DNA of 64,000 nucleotides from Schizochytrium sp. TIO01 (GCA_004764695.1 SMSO01000031.1:4874436-4938435), one strand, 5' to 3'; positions 9,287 to 21,029 are shown, numbered from the stretch's first letter. A program made the numbers and translations. The notes: generated by a model from the sequence alone, not told the origin.

Positions 9287-11869
9287 TTAAGCCGACACGC
9301 GCTCGAATATATAAAGAAGCCCATGCTCGAGGGGCGGGTTTTTGGACTTCGCTACCTTTCGATCATTGAAGATCACCCAGTCATCCTTGCTATCATCGGA
9401 TAGATCTTTTGACAAATTGCAGTGAGCTAAGTAGTGTCCACCTTGAGGAGTCTTGCCAAGGTGCGAGATGAACCCACGCAAAATATAATTGCCCTCGTCA
9501 GCATCATTCTCAGAACGAATGCGCTCTTCCTGCTTAGCCGCATTCTGTTCTCCGCTGCTACCGCCTCCGGCTTTAGCAGCTGCCACGAGATCCTCCAGGT
9601 CCGATGCATGACTAAACAGCCAATCTGCTGCACGTTCTACATTACCACCACATTCCTTCAGTGCCAGCTTTACGCCATCCTCCGAAAAGCCCATGCTGGA
9701 CAGCATCATCACCGCCTCGGGATCAGCTCCACCACCATCAAGCCCACTGCTAGATTTGGACTCGATTACAGGAGGATCCGTAAAATCTGCATCGCCCATG
9801 TGTTCCAGAACCCAATTCATGGCAGCCTCTGCAGAATTGTTTCCTGTGGCCAGCAAAGCACGCTTGCATCCATTCAAATCAAAGCCCATGGACGTTAGCT
9901 GTGCAAGGAGACCCTCATCAGGCTCAGTGGGCGGAGGCGGGCCTGCAGTTTGGTCAGGCTGCACGTCGGGGAGCTCCTCCTCACCAGCTTGCAATCCCTT
10001 GCCACGGAAAGCATTAAGGTTTAAGTCTCGTGGGACTGGAACGCGAGCCTCGATCTTCCGTGGTGTCCAGTCTTCGCCAACCACATAGCGCTTGAGCTGA
10101 ATAGCCAAGTACTGTGGAAACGTGCCAAGTGAGGGGACTTGAATGGCCTTACCACGGCGTCCAGTCGCAGGCGACAGATAGTCGTCAACTTCAACTGCAG
10201 AAGAGTCTCCTAGAGAGGAGGCAAGGCATGTTTCGAAAGACACCACTGGAAGCTCCTCGTCCTCCTGTTTCTTATTGTCGCCCTTGGCATCTTTCTTATT
10301 CGTGGTGGAAGAAGGCGGTGGCACGTTGAGCATGAGTACATTGCTCACCATGTCTTGGTACTTGACCTGACCAGACTGCTGGCATTCAAGGCGCTCCTCC
10401 ACCAAAAACGAAAACCAGCGTCCCGGATTGATGAGTTCTTCATCAACTTCACCTCCAGAGGCTGCATGATCCATGCGAGAGATCTTGTCCAAGACGTACT
10501 GAAAGTACTCACGAGCATCCTGCTGTTCGCGTGTACCAAAATCAGGATGCCCATGACCAAGGCAATCCTTTAACATCTTCGGGGGAACTGCCATTACACC
10601 ATCGTCTTTGGCAGCTACAAGACCGTTACCAGTGGGATCAGAGAGGCTTGCTGCAAGCTTAACAAACTGGGTCTCCAGATCTGTCTCTGGCTCTTGCGGA
10701 GCACGCTTGAAGCACTCCATTCGCAAACGTTCAGCCTCGCGATCATTGCGAGTCTCACTGAAGAAGAATCGCCTACGGAAGGCTGCTAAGGAAAAGAGAA
10801 CCTGATACACCGAATTCGCATAGCATGAGTTTCCAAGGTTGAAAAGCCCAACTCGGCCAGGTCCGTAACAGTCTACAAGCTGCTCATCGCCCTCAAGAAC
10901 AGCGGAGAGAGTGAGATTCTTATTCAGGTCAATCTCCATTTCCATCATTGTTTTCTCCGTCTTTTCCATGTCCATAATATTAATTCCAAAATGCCTCAAA
11001 TGCTTGCCCAGGTACGGGTCCTCTACCATGCAATTTTCAGATGGGTCATACGAGAAGACATCAGCCTTACCGTCCGGGGTGATTGTACCGAGCTTAACTG
11101 CCAACGGGTACTTACGCCCAGTCTTCTCAAAATGCGTAAGAGCTGCCCCCGTACCTCCAGATCCATCCCAGTTGCGCCGACCTGACCCGATGTATCCTGT
11201 GCTCAAGTTCAACCAAAGGTTCTCAGTGATACCACTTTCTTCGCAGCGCCAGGTTTTAGGATCTGGCGAAATCTTCACGCCATTGTCAAGTTGCTCCAAA
11301 CCCTTCGCAAACTTGCTCACAGGGCGCTCTTCTTCGCTTGCATCCCACGCAGCGACCTCGAGCTGTGTAGATGCGTCTTCCATAGCAATGACAGCATCTG
11401 CAGCTTTGCGGAGAGACTCAGGAAGGTACGAAGTTGCGGCCTTGCTTGGATACGGCAGCACTGCATCGAGATCTGGGTAAACTGCGAATCCATATTCCTT
11501 CACAAGCTTACCTTTGCCACCGATGACATCAGCAGGCGAAAACCCGCCTTCAACACCAATAGCGAGTTTTGTTGGCTCTTTGTTCTCAAGCATATCAGCG
11601 TCGTTATCCTCGTCGGATTCCTCGCGACTCCATTTGATGTGCATGTAGAGTTTATTGCCAGTGCGCTCGTGATCTACACCAACAAAAAGAGAGGAGTATG
11701 CTTGGAACGTGCTCATGTTAAGATAGAGACCATCTTCAGCACTCTCGGGAGTGAGAAACGAAAAGGCACATTCATCTTTCCACACGCGCGATGAAGCACC
11801 CCTCGGAGCTACCACTTCACAAGAGAACTTGGAGACGCGCTCCGCAAGAGCCTTATCCTGGCTCGACAT
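9287..11869 (-). CDS. USP5: Ubiquitin carboxyl-terminal hydrolase, USP5/USP13/UBP14 (isopeptidase T) family
   Basis: N-terminal KDECAFSF, ZnF-UBP-like NLWLNLSTG..GRR and PLAVKLGTIT, Cys box GLFNLGNSCYANSVYQVL, QQDAREY, two UBA domains (LTSMGF, LSSMGF), His box SHLG..GGHYLAH and WVIFND. Confidence 0.95.
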   Translation of the reverse strand: MSSQDKALAERVSKFSCEVVAPRGASSRVWKDECAFSFLTPESAEDGLYLNMSTFQAYSSLFVGVDHERTGNKLYMHIKWSREESDEDNDADMLENKEPTKLAIGVEGGFSPADVIGGKGKLVKEYGFAVYPDLDAVLPYPSKAATSYLPESLRKAADAVIAMEDASTQLEVAAWDASEEERPVSKFAKGLEQLDNGVKISPDPKTWRCEESGITENLWLNLSTGYIGSGRRNWDGSGGTGAALTHFEKTGRKYPLAVKLGTITPDGKADVFSYDPSENCMVEDPYLGKHLRHFGINIMDMEKTEKTMMEMEIDLNKNLTLSAVLEGDEQLVDCYGPGRVGLFNLGNSCYANSVYQVLFSLAAFRRRFFFSETRNDREAERLRMECFKRAPQEPETDLETQFVKLAASLSDPTGNGLVAAKDDGVMAVPPKMLKDCLGHGHPDFGTREQQDAREYFQYVLDKISRMDHAASGGEVDEELINPGRWFSFLVEERLECQQSGQVKYQDMVSNVLMLNVPPPSSTTNKKDAKGDNKKQEDEELPVVSFETCLASSLGDSSAVEVDDYLSPATGRRGKAIQVPSLGTFPQYLAIQLKRYVVGEDWTPRKIEARVPVPRDLNLNAFRGKGLQAGEEELPDVQPDQTAGPPPPTEPDEGLLAQLTSMGFDLNGCKRALLATGNNSAEAAMNWVLEHMGDADFTDPPVIESKSSSGLDGGGADPEAVMMLSSMGFSEDGVKLALKECGGNVERAADWLFSHASDLEDLVAAAKAGGGSSGEQNAAKQEERIRSENDADEGNYILRGFISHLGKTPQGGHYLAHCNLSKDLSDDSKDDWVIFNDRKVAKSKNPPLEHGLLYIFERVSA

Positions 11870-12370
11870 GATTTAGTGGCGATAAAACTGAGGCAGCGCG
11901 TTCGTGGGTGAGATGCAGGCTAGGCGTGCTGCCTTTCAGATATAGATTTGATCACGATTCCCGCTCTCGAAGTCACATGGAGCAGATAGATTTTATAAAA
12001 ATCAGTTACTAATGCAGATAGTTAGGTGGATACTAATAGTGGGTACGGCCTTTCATGAATTATCTTTTATTGAGGTCATAACTACGTTAAACACTAGTAA
12101 ACACATCTAAAAAGAGGCGAGAGAAATTTGGCTTCGCTCTCGCTCTTCTTCTTTATCTTCTTCTTCCATTTGTTCTTCTTAAAACTTCCTTAGGGATTCA
12201 TTTCACTCTCTCGAGCTGCATTTTAGTCTATTGGCATTCTCTCTGTTTGGATTCGGATCGGAGATTGGCTAAGGAAAATATGTCATAGCGATAGTTCGTA
12301 GCTAGCTAGCCAGCTGAGCATGGGAAACTGGGAAACCAATGTTTTGACTACGAGCTTTTCAGACAACTAA

Positions 12371-14092
12371 TTAGTCGCCAAAGACTCTAGCAAGGTTGAG
12401 CATGTCCTTGTGGCTAAGATCAAGGTCTTTTGCGCGTTGACAATCAAACATATGATCTACAGACGTAGAGCCTGGAACATGCACCAGGCATTGCCACTTT
12501 TTCAAAGAGTACGCTAGCCATAATGCAAATGGACTCACACTATGCGCCGAGGCGATGGACTCCAGGGAAGGATAACGCTCTAGTAAGCCCTTGAATGAGG
12601 TAGAGTCATTTCGAAATGAGGTCCCACCAAAAGTTTTGATTGCAATAAAAGCAATATGTTTTTCTTGGCAGAAGTTTACAACCCCTCCGAATTTGCCGGT
12701 GTCCTTTGCATTTCGTCGATCCCATGCGGATAGTTCATTCTGAACTGAACTTAAAGGAATTCCTGCATTAACTACAAGCTTGACTTGTGCCAGTGTTGCG
12801 TTACACAGTCCTAGACGATCAATAAATCCACGCTTTAAGCATGAATGGGCAGCCTGCATTAGCTCTAAAAGTTTCCCTTCTTCTGGAGGGCAGTGGTGAA
12901 GTTGCCATAATCCGATTGGGCGAGCACCACCTAGGGCAAGAAAACTGGCCTCAATACGCCTTGTTAATTCTTGCCCTGTCAGATTTCTCGGCATGACCCA
13001 TGAGCGTGAACTTGTGTCATGTAACTTGCGGTCCATACCGGCTTTCGAAGCAATAATGATATCATCTACCGTAGTAGCACCTGTGCTATTCATTTTCTCA
13101 AATTCCGCAAGGGCATCCCTTAGCAGATTTTCTACATAATGAAGGTCATTTCCATTCTTTGCATACGTATCTGCAGTATCAAAGAAGCAAATACCACTTT
13201 TCATGGATTCAACAAGCATCAGAAGAGCTTGTTTTCTTTCAATCCGCGGTTTAGGATAGTCTACTCCAATTCCAAGAGTCCCTAGCCCAATTCGTGAAGT
13301 TTTGTGCAGTGCATCAATAAGAGATGGAGCTAATTCTGACCTTGTTTTTTTTTGTTTTTTAGCTTGATTCAGAAGCGTAGAAGCTTTGCAACGCTTCTGC
13401 TCCGATTCATCAGCACGAGCTGCCATCGCTTGGAAGAGACTAGAATAAACTGCCTCGAGAGCAACCTCACTTCCGTTTGTAGCATAGTCATCTCCAGCAA
13501 AGCCAGGCTTCGTCGGGTTCATGACTGGACCCCGACCTAGAACAATGTATTTTGCCCCTGTGCGCTTTTGAATAGAATGCCCTTCTGGTACATTAACAAC
13601 CCGAGCCTGGCCAATATCGAGAAGACCTTCATTGTTAATATCAAATTGTTCCTCTAGTAACCTCCCCATACCAGCCTTGTGAAGTTCAACATTGTCAAGA
13701 TTTTCACTAGGCTTTAGCCAGCGATCACTGGTACCAACCCCAAGCGCAAATGCGTGCGACACCTTTGACAAAGCCCCGAAGTTTGTCACAAACAATGCTG
13801 CATCAAGCTTTTCAGATATAGCTTTCTGTTTCACTTTTGTTACGAACGGACTTATGACAGGTCCCATTAAGACAAGCTTCAAGTGGGCCAACTTGCTACT
13901 ATCTTCACGTTGCTTTCTAGCATGCAGAAACCATTTTACAGCACGGATCAAGGCCCCAGCAGCACGTTCGGTGTCAAACTTTGATTCGCCAACAGATATC
14001 CCTGCAAAACACAATTTGTACACTTGTTTTTCATTTTCCGCACGACTACCTGAAAGATCATCTCCTGCATCACGACTGCGCTTCTTCATCAT
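12371..14092 (-). CDS. Macrodomain (circularly permuted, plant aprataxin-like) fused to aldo/keto reductase
   Basis: The listed ORF opens at a TTG (14335); the first ATG is at 14092 (MMKKRSR). The C-terminal AKR has IGLGT, FFDTADTY, IASKAG, LWQLHH, LGLCN, SVQNELS and VPGSTSVDH. The N-terminal domain has LCFAGISVGESKFDTERAA, RWLKP and GPVMNPTKP..DDY..LEAVYSSLF. Confidence 0.85.
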   Translation of the reverse strand: MMKKRSRDAGDDLSGSRAENEKQVYKLCFAGISVGESKFDTERAAGALIRAVKWFLHARKQREDSSKLAHLKLVLMGPVISPFVTKVKQKAISEKLDAALFVTNFGALSKVSHAFALGVGTSDRWLKPSENLDNVELHKAGMGRLLEEQFDINNEGLLDIGQARVVNVPEGHSIQKRTGAKYIVLGRGPVMNPTKPGFAGDDYATNGSEVALEAVYSSLFQAMAARADESEQKRCKASTLLNQAKKQKKTRSELAPSLIDALHKTSRIGLGTLGIGVDYPKPRIERKQALLMLVESMKSGICFFDTADTYAKNGNDLHYVENLLRDALAEFEKMNSTGATTVDDIIIASKAGMDRKLHDTSSRSWVMPRNLTGQELTRRIEASFLALGGARPIGLWQLHHCPPEEGKLLELMQAAHSCLKRGFIDRLGLCNATLAQVKLVVNAGIPLSSVQNELSAWDRRNAKDTGKFGGVVNFCQEKHIAFIAIKTFGGTSFRNDSTSFKGLLERYPSLESIASAHSVSPFALWLAYSLKKWQCLVHVPGSTSVDHMFDCQRAKDLDLSHKDMLNLARVFGD

Positions 14093-14690
14093 GTGGCAAC
14101 TCTTAAGAATAAGTCTTGTAAACCCAGGCAAACTTTTCTCAGCTTTCAGATCTGGCAAAGAATATCGGCACTTGGCATGCGCGACGAATCCAATGAGCTT
14201 CCCTCCCGAGAGGATCTGTGATATAAACAAAGCAACAGAGCTCCGATGATGACTGTGCAGGATAAAGCGACGTGTGCGTCGCAACGAAACTATATCCAGT
14301 GCAGTTTGCCAGTAGCTGGTTTTAACGAAGTTCAAGTTCTTCAGAAGACTCTCCCTATTTTAATGTTCTGTCTGGAGTAGTACTATTCTACTGCCACCTA
14401 ATGACTAATGTGACGGAAAAAACTCAAGGTGAACGATGAGCCAAGGAAAGGTGATTGAAGACGAAAAAGTACGTAAAATTAAAGTCGAGAGTTACTCGTA
14501 ATCTACTGATGATAATTGGCAGAGCGCGTTGAATCGATCTTACGCGAGTTGCGCACAAACAGCCAAGCTAAAATGAAATGAAAATAAAGTGCAGGAAAAG
14601 TACAGGGTCATGAATGACCCACAATCGTTTGACTCTGTTTCTCCAACCTCTGTTCAGATGATCTATTTCTCGGATAGTGAATAGAACTGT

Positions 14691-17600
14691 CTAAGAGCCG
14701 CGAAACCCACGGTGACGTAATAACTTTACGACAAGTTCATGAGCATTTTCATTAAGATATCCAATTTCCTCCAAATGAGCCTCATCTAATCCAGCAATGT
14801 TCATGAACACGTCATGAAGAGTTGCCTGGTTGAGCAAGAAATTTGTTATGTAGCCCTCTGTATGGGCACGCTCATTGAATAGGAGCGCAAATGCATGGCT
14901 AATGTTGAAGCCGTCCCGTGGGAAATAAATGCGCATGACGTCATTGAGGCAATTGCCTAGGACAGCCTGAGCGCAAATATTTCCCTTCACATAAGAAAGA
15001 GCTTCACGGCGACGGCCCTGGCACAACCTTGAGTATCAAGACGTATCCATTTCCAAACCGGTCCTTCAAGCCTTGCGGAGTGTCAATGGCACGAAAACGG
15101 CCCTTGGTAATGATACATACACGGTCACAAAGCTCATCAGCTTCTTCCATGGAATGGGTCGTAATGATGATTGCACATCGGTAGCTCTGGCGAAAATACT
15201 GGATACACTCCCATACTTTGCGCCGGGTTGATGGATCAAGCTGCGTTGTAGGTTCGTCTAAAATTACCACCCGAGGGCTACCAAGCATCGCTAACGCAAT
15301 CGAAAGTCGACGCTGCATGCCACCGCTCAACGCGGAAACCTTACGGTCCATGTACTCGTGGAGATCTAGACGCGAGGCTACTTCATCCATGAGCATCCTG
15401 CACTCCTCCGGGCTAGCCTCAACACCGCGTAAAGAAAGTACAAGGTTGAGATGTTCGCGAGCTGTCAGCCCTTTCCAGAGGCAATCGCGCTGCCCCACAT
15501 AACCCATGTGAGGCAAGATGCGTGTCATTTGGGTCTGTACATCGAGACCGACGATGTATGCGGTACCGTCTGTGGGAGGGATGGTACCGTTCAGAAGCTT
15601 GCAAAGGGTTGATTTAGCTGACCCATTGGGACCAAGCAAACCTACAACCTCACCTGGAGAGATTGCTAGGTAAGTACTGTTTAGAGCAGTCACCCGGCCC
15701 TTACGGGAGTGATATGTCTTGCTTAAACCAGCCATGATGATTGGATCACGTTGCACTGGGCGAGTAACGTCAAACTTATCAACAAGACGCTGTACACGAC
15801 TTCGTTCTAACTTTACACACATTCTTTCGTTGACGGTTTCGTTAGGTTGACTCTCCTCCAGGTCAGTTTCACTCGAGTTGTCATCCGTGTATCGATGCTC
15901 AGGAATATGGGCAGACTGATGCATGGCATCGCAGGTTCCACAAATGGAGTGCATACAGACGTGCAACGCTTGATATATTTTAAGCACTGACTCTGAAGGA
16001 AAGGTACGAAGCCAGAATGAGGAAAAGCCTGCAATGAGAGTGATAATTGCGCCAGTCCAAAACAATCCAAGGTCGTTCTTGAAGAACTCAGAGTTATCAG
16101 AGGTGCAATTCTGGGCAAATAATAGATTTGTCGTGTTCGTGGCTAAGCTCGTAGAGTTGGCAACGAGTGTTGTGGTTCCATCGCGAAAGAGATCAAACAT
16201 TGTAATAGAGAAGCCAATGGAGAAGAGCAAATTCAAAGATGGTACACGGTCCTCCATATGGCGCTGAGCACATGTTGTCCCGGTGTACTCGAAGTCTAAA
16301 TCGAGAGATCCGAAGGTGGCAACAGAACAAATTGTGGAGTTGGGAATGAACATAACATCGCGCAGAGAACGCAACATCAGTACAGGTGGTAGCATACCCC
16401 ACAGTACAAGTAGCACGCCTCCAAAAAATGCAGACATACGGTGGTGTCGGAACAACGAATTAATCACCAGTGAGAAACCTCCGAGAGATAGTGAAAATGC
16501 CAATGCAATTGCAAGTAGCATAAACCAATCACCAGCTACATTCTGAATGTATCCGTACCACAAAGCAGTTGAAGAATCATCGATTGACAGGGATGCCACG
16601 ACGCTAAGAACCTCGAGAGAGCGTGACTCAGAATCCTCCGCAGTACTTACTACACAGCGACAGCTCGTTTCGTTCTGATTACAAAGGTAAAAAAGGTGTT
16701 CATCGTGCACACCTTGCGACACTGTAACAGCAAAGAAGATGCTCAAAGCCACAATCGTAATCACAAATATAACCGTTGTCAGGAAGGAAAACTCAGAGCA
16801 TGAAACCGACATAAAGGTACAGCGATGAAGCTTGAAGATCTGTAAGTAACCCTTGTTCATTTCGAATACGCCGAACGGAATCAACAGAATTGATACCAGA
16901 CAAATAAGGATAGAAAGAACTAAGACATCAGTTCGGAGCTCCGCATTCGTTGATTCCACCAGTGAAATCGATACCAGCAAGAGAACAGCGACAATCCATT
17001 TAGCTATAGCTTCCCATGAAAAAAGGCGGACACGGAAGTTTTTTAGAATCATTGCAGTGCACTGTTGACCCCATAGCCCAAGACCATGTGGTTTAACGCG
17101 GAGACCCTTGATCTGTAATTGGGAGACATCAGGAACGGTAAGATATTGTACAACGCTATGTAGCGGGCGGCTCACGGAAGCCGAATTTCCTGTAGATGTT
17201 TGTGCGGAGGAATCTTTCTGCTGAAGTGTTGTAGAGCCAGGACGAATTTCAGGATGAGGTTCGGAAATTGTTGAAGGAGCAAACCGTACTGACGGAGGGG
17301 CAACGATGCTAAGATTCTCTGAGCGAGACTTCATCCCTAGTCCTTTGGCACGTGGCTCGGTGGACACAGGTGGTATAATTTCTTCAGCTGTATTCCCACG
17401 AGATTCGCGAGCACGTTCTACTTCTTGCTCATGTTCTCGCTTCATTGCTGAGTCCTCAACGATCGCAAGAAAAACTTCCTCAAATGTGGTATTGCTGATA
17501 CCATACTCACGCACTCGAGACATTGGGGTCTGAATCCAGTTGATAATTGCAGTCATCCCTTCAATAAGCTGTTGGTGAGGATCAGATTTAATTGCATCGT

Positions 17601-20337
17601 CACGAGAGCTCATTAGCATTGTGCTATCCTCGGTATCATGAGTCATCAACTTGGGTCCCATGACTGGAAGCGAAGATGTAGATTCGTAGACACTTGAGCC
17701 ATCCTCCGACTCGCCAGTGTTTCTATTAACAAATATCACGTCTTCGTGTAGATCAAGATTATCATCAAGGCTAGGTCTAGCTCCGTGCTGTGTAAGGCTT
17801 AATGGATGCTGGTCGATAGGAGTAGCCATGTCACCGGGCACTTCGCTAACTTCGTCCTCCTCCATTGTTCTCTCACTTCGAGCATCGTCTCTTAGAGAGT
17901 CTTGCAAATCTCCAGAAGAAAGGCGCGGTGGGATAATATCTCGCATGACGTCCAGGGAGATGCCAAGATCGTCCTCCAGATCTTCTTCCTTATCGTCTTG
18001 TCCACCTCGGGAGGCGAGAGCTGTAGAATCTCCAGAGCTATGAGGGGCTAGTTCGGTGCTGCGTCGATGAATTGCGACAGTGAGGTATCCCGAAGAAACA
18101 GTGCGAACTTCAATACGATGGTGCTGGAAGAGAGGTGCAAAGTCAGAATCCAATTTTTCCACGACATAGTTTACATCCTCGGGGCGAACATATAAAGCAA
18201 ATTGGGTTATTGAACCATAGCGAAGTTTAAGGTCCAATGGTGTGCCTGAAGCCACAATTTGCCCATGTTCCATAATGACAACCTCATCAGCAAGTGAGTC
18301 TGCCTCCGCCATACTATGAGTACTCAGAATGACAATACTATGGGCCTTGATGGTCTCGATATGACGCCAAACAAATCTTTGGTTGATAGGATCCATTCCG
18401 GTTGTAGGCTCATCTAGTAAAATAAGAGGTGGAGTACCAATGGTCGCAAGACCCACAGAGACACGACGACGAGAGCCACCAGAGAGCGTTTCAACCTTGT
18501 AATTTCGCATGGCATAGAGATTAAGAGCACGAAGCCAGCGTTCCACAATCTCTGGGATCTCTTCTGTTGGCACCATACGAAGGCGCGCCCAAAGTTTGAA
18601 ATGCTCAGCAGGCGACAGTTCATTATATAGCGCATCATCTTGCATACAGATTCCCAGAGCAACAGTGGATACTGGTTTGCCATTGCAGAGAATAAGCCCC
18701 GAATCTTGTACTAAATAGCTGCTGAGAATTCGTATAAGTGTGCTTTTACCTGCGCCATTTTTACCTAAAAACGTCATGACACGGCCTTCTTCCACATGTA
18801 AAGAGAGCGACTGAAGGGCCTGAACTCGGTCTCGCCCTTTACCAAAGCTCAAACAAACATTTTCCATGTAAAGTCCACGATTAGTATCAACAGCGAGAGC
18901 CGTGCTTCCAGCATGCCCACGGCGTACATTGCTTGGTGTATCATCACACGTTTGTGAAAGTTTCTTGTTATTACGGGCAAGCTTAAATCGCCGCAGTACA
19001 CGCCGGCCGCGCCAGTACATCAGAAGTAAAACGCCGCCTAAGTAGACAACACTGAGAAGCACCAAATAACCCATGCTAGCACCAATGGAAGGAGCAAGGT
19101 CCCCGACAATGCCTTGATATTGAACTTGAGCAGGCTCGTCTAATGAACAGCGCTCGGCCGATTCATATTCGTCACCAACAACTTTTACATACAAGGCCGG
19201 CTCATCAAGTTGCATGACCTCTTGAATGATTGTAGCAGTAGATTGGTAGAAATAATCCGATGCGTAAAATGGGGTACCGCCATTGAGCATTACAACACCT
19301 ACAATTAGGGTCCAGATTTGGGTGAGATGAAACGTTGGGATAAAAAAAAGAACAGCGAGTTCGAGTCCGCTTGAACCACTCCCCTGTGTAGCCCAGACAG
19401 CATCCTGCGCGGATGAGAGGTACCAGCACCCATGATATTGTGTGCCATTGTCGAGCAATAAATAGGATGTGCATGCCTCGACACTGCCGCATTCATACCT
19501 TGACTCTTCGACATGACTTCGGCAGCTCATGTAAGTTGTATTTTCAGGTTGCAAAACACCAAGACTTTTATCATATGTGAACATGGGCGCTAGAGTGGTA
19601 ACAAAGTAAGCGCCAAAGAGAATGAGATAAATAAGAACGAGCACATCGGAACGCTTCGTGAAGCCTACCAGGAAGGAGACAGCAATATGAAACCCAAACA
19701 TGACAGCTCCAGAAGACAAAAAGAGGGAAAGAAAGATAGCCCCGAAGGAGACATGCGTGAAAATAACGTCTGGGAGTGCTTTCGCGATACCTGCGGAAAT
19801 AAGTGCTACAAGGAGATCAATAACTGTGAAAAGTGTCCACCACGACAACCAAAAGGCACCAAAGCCGCGTTTACTTCCCAGAAGAGCAACCAGAAGACCG
19901 GAGTTGGCTTCATCTTGAATAAACACTGTGGAAAGTACTCCAGCAATGAGAGGTCCTGCTGCGAGTGTTGAAGAGATGAAAGGATTGAAGGCATAGTCGT
20001 ACTCTACATCCAGAGGTTTACCGCACCTGTCGTACTCACCACCATTAATTCCACCTTGAACGTCAACATAATACTCGTTCACACCCCAGGTAACTACCAC
20101 CATGATTGGCGTGATAACACAATGAAAGACTGCTAAGAAAGGTCTCCGCAAAAATATCCTGGCACTTTTCTTGAGAAGAGCGAGATAGATACCGAGAGCA
20201 CCTCCAAATTTGACTGAACGCAAGTGCTTCTGCCCGGTTTCTGGGTCTTCGCAAGAACACCAACCCATGACTTGTCTCCTGCGTCGCCTTGAGTCGCTAT
20301 CAGTGCTGTCACAAGCACTTCGGCTGCTCTGCTCCAT
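14691..20337 (-). CDS. Full-size ABC transporter subfamily A (TMD-NBD-TMD-NBD); 1-nt frameshift at ~15016-15018 separates the last ~108 aa
   Basis: NBD1 has GKNGAGKST, LSGGSRRR, LLDEPTTGMDP, STHSMAEAD and GTPLDLKLRYG, followed by TTFEEVF. NBD2 has GPNGSAKST, LSGGMQRR, ILDEPTTQLDP, TTHSMEEADELCDR and LKDRFGNGY. The overlapping ORF 14691-15026 supplies the ABCA C-terminal QATLHDVF motif. Confidence 0.9.
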
Positions 20338-21029
20338 GTTTGTTTACCTCAAAATATAAACCAGAAAGGGAGATCGAAGACAAATTTAGACGTCCACCGA
20401 AATGCTAAAGAACTTGTGGAAATACTCGGTCTGACGCCTTTAGAGCACGAGCAAATGCCAATTTTAAGACCTACAAGCCCACAAAGACGCGAATGGCGAT
20501 ATCTTCAAAGGCCCTCTCCTCCACCACCACCTTGAACTTATTAGAGACGTTTCGTGCGAGACCTACACACACAGGAAACGAAAGCCTAAGCAGCAGCAAA
20601 GAGTAGCTGCTCTTGCCGCAGGACTGCTGCTTCGCTTGAGTTTGGCTCTATCTAGACGTGGGCTGCGTGTTATCACGACTAGAAGTGCTGTGCAAACGAC
20701 GTTAAATAAGCTACACGACGCTATTCTAACTGAGCGTGCGAGTGGGGAGATTGAGCTGGTGAAGGAGAAGATTGAAGAGGAGAGAGAAGGAGGCGAACGC
20801 AGAGGTGACAAAGACGTGGCGAACGCGACGAATATAATCGTTCAGAGGGAAGCTAGATAACGTTATGAGGAGGATCTAATTAGCAGCGCTCCGCGCGAGA
20901 AGGTGCAGCTGCGCGGCGGATCGCCTCAGGCGCCGCGCAGGTCGGGAACGAGCGATTGATTGATGGAATATGAATGATGATTGAACTTCGCGATTCGACA
21001 CAAAGAATACAGTGTAAAAACAAAACTAT

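Noticed and set aside
14093-14335. N-terminal 81 aa of the listed AKR-fusion ORF
   Set aside because: It begins at TTG, which is not a normal eukaryotic start. The first ATG at 14092 directly precedes the NLS-like and macro regions.
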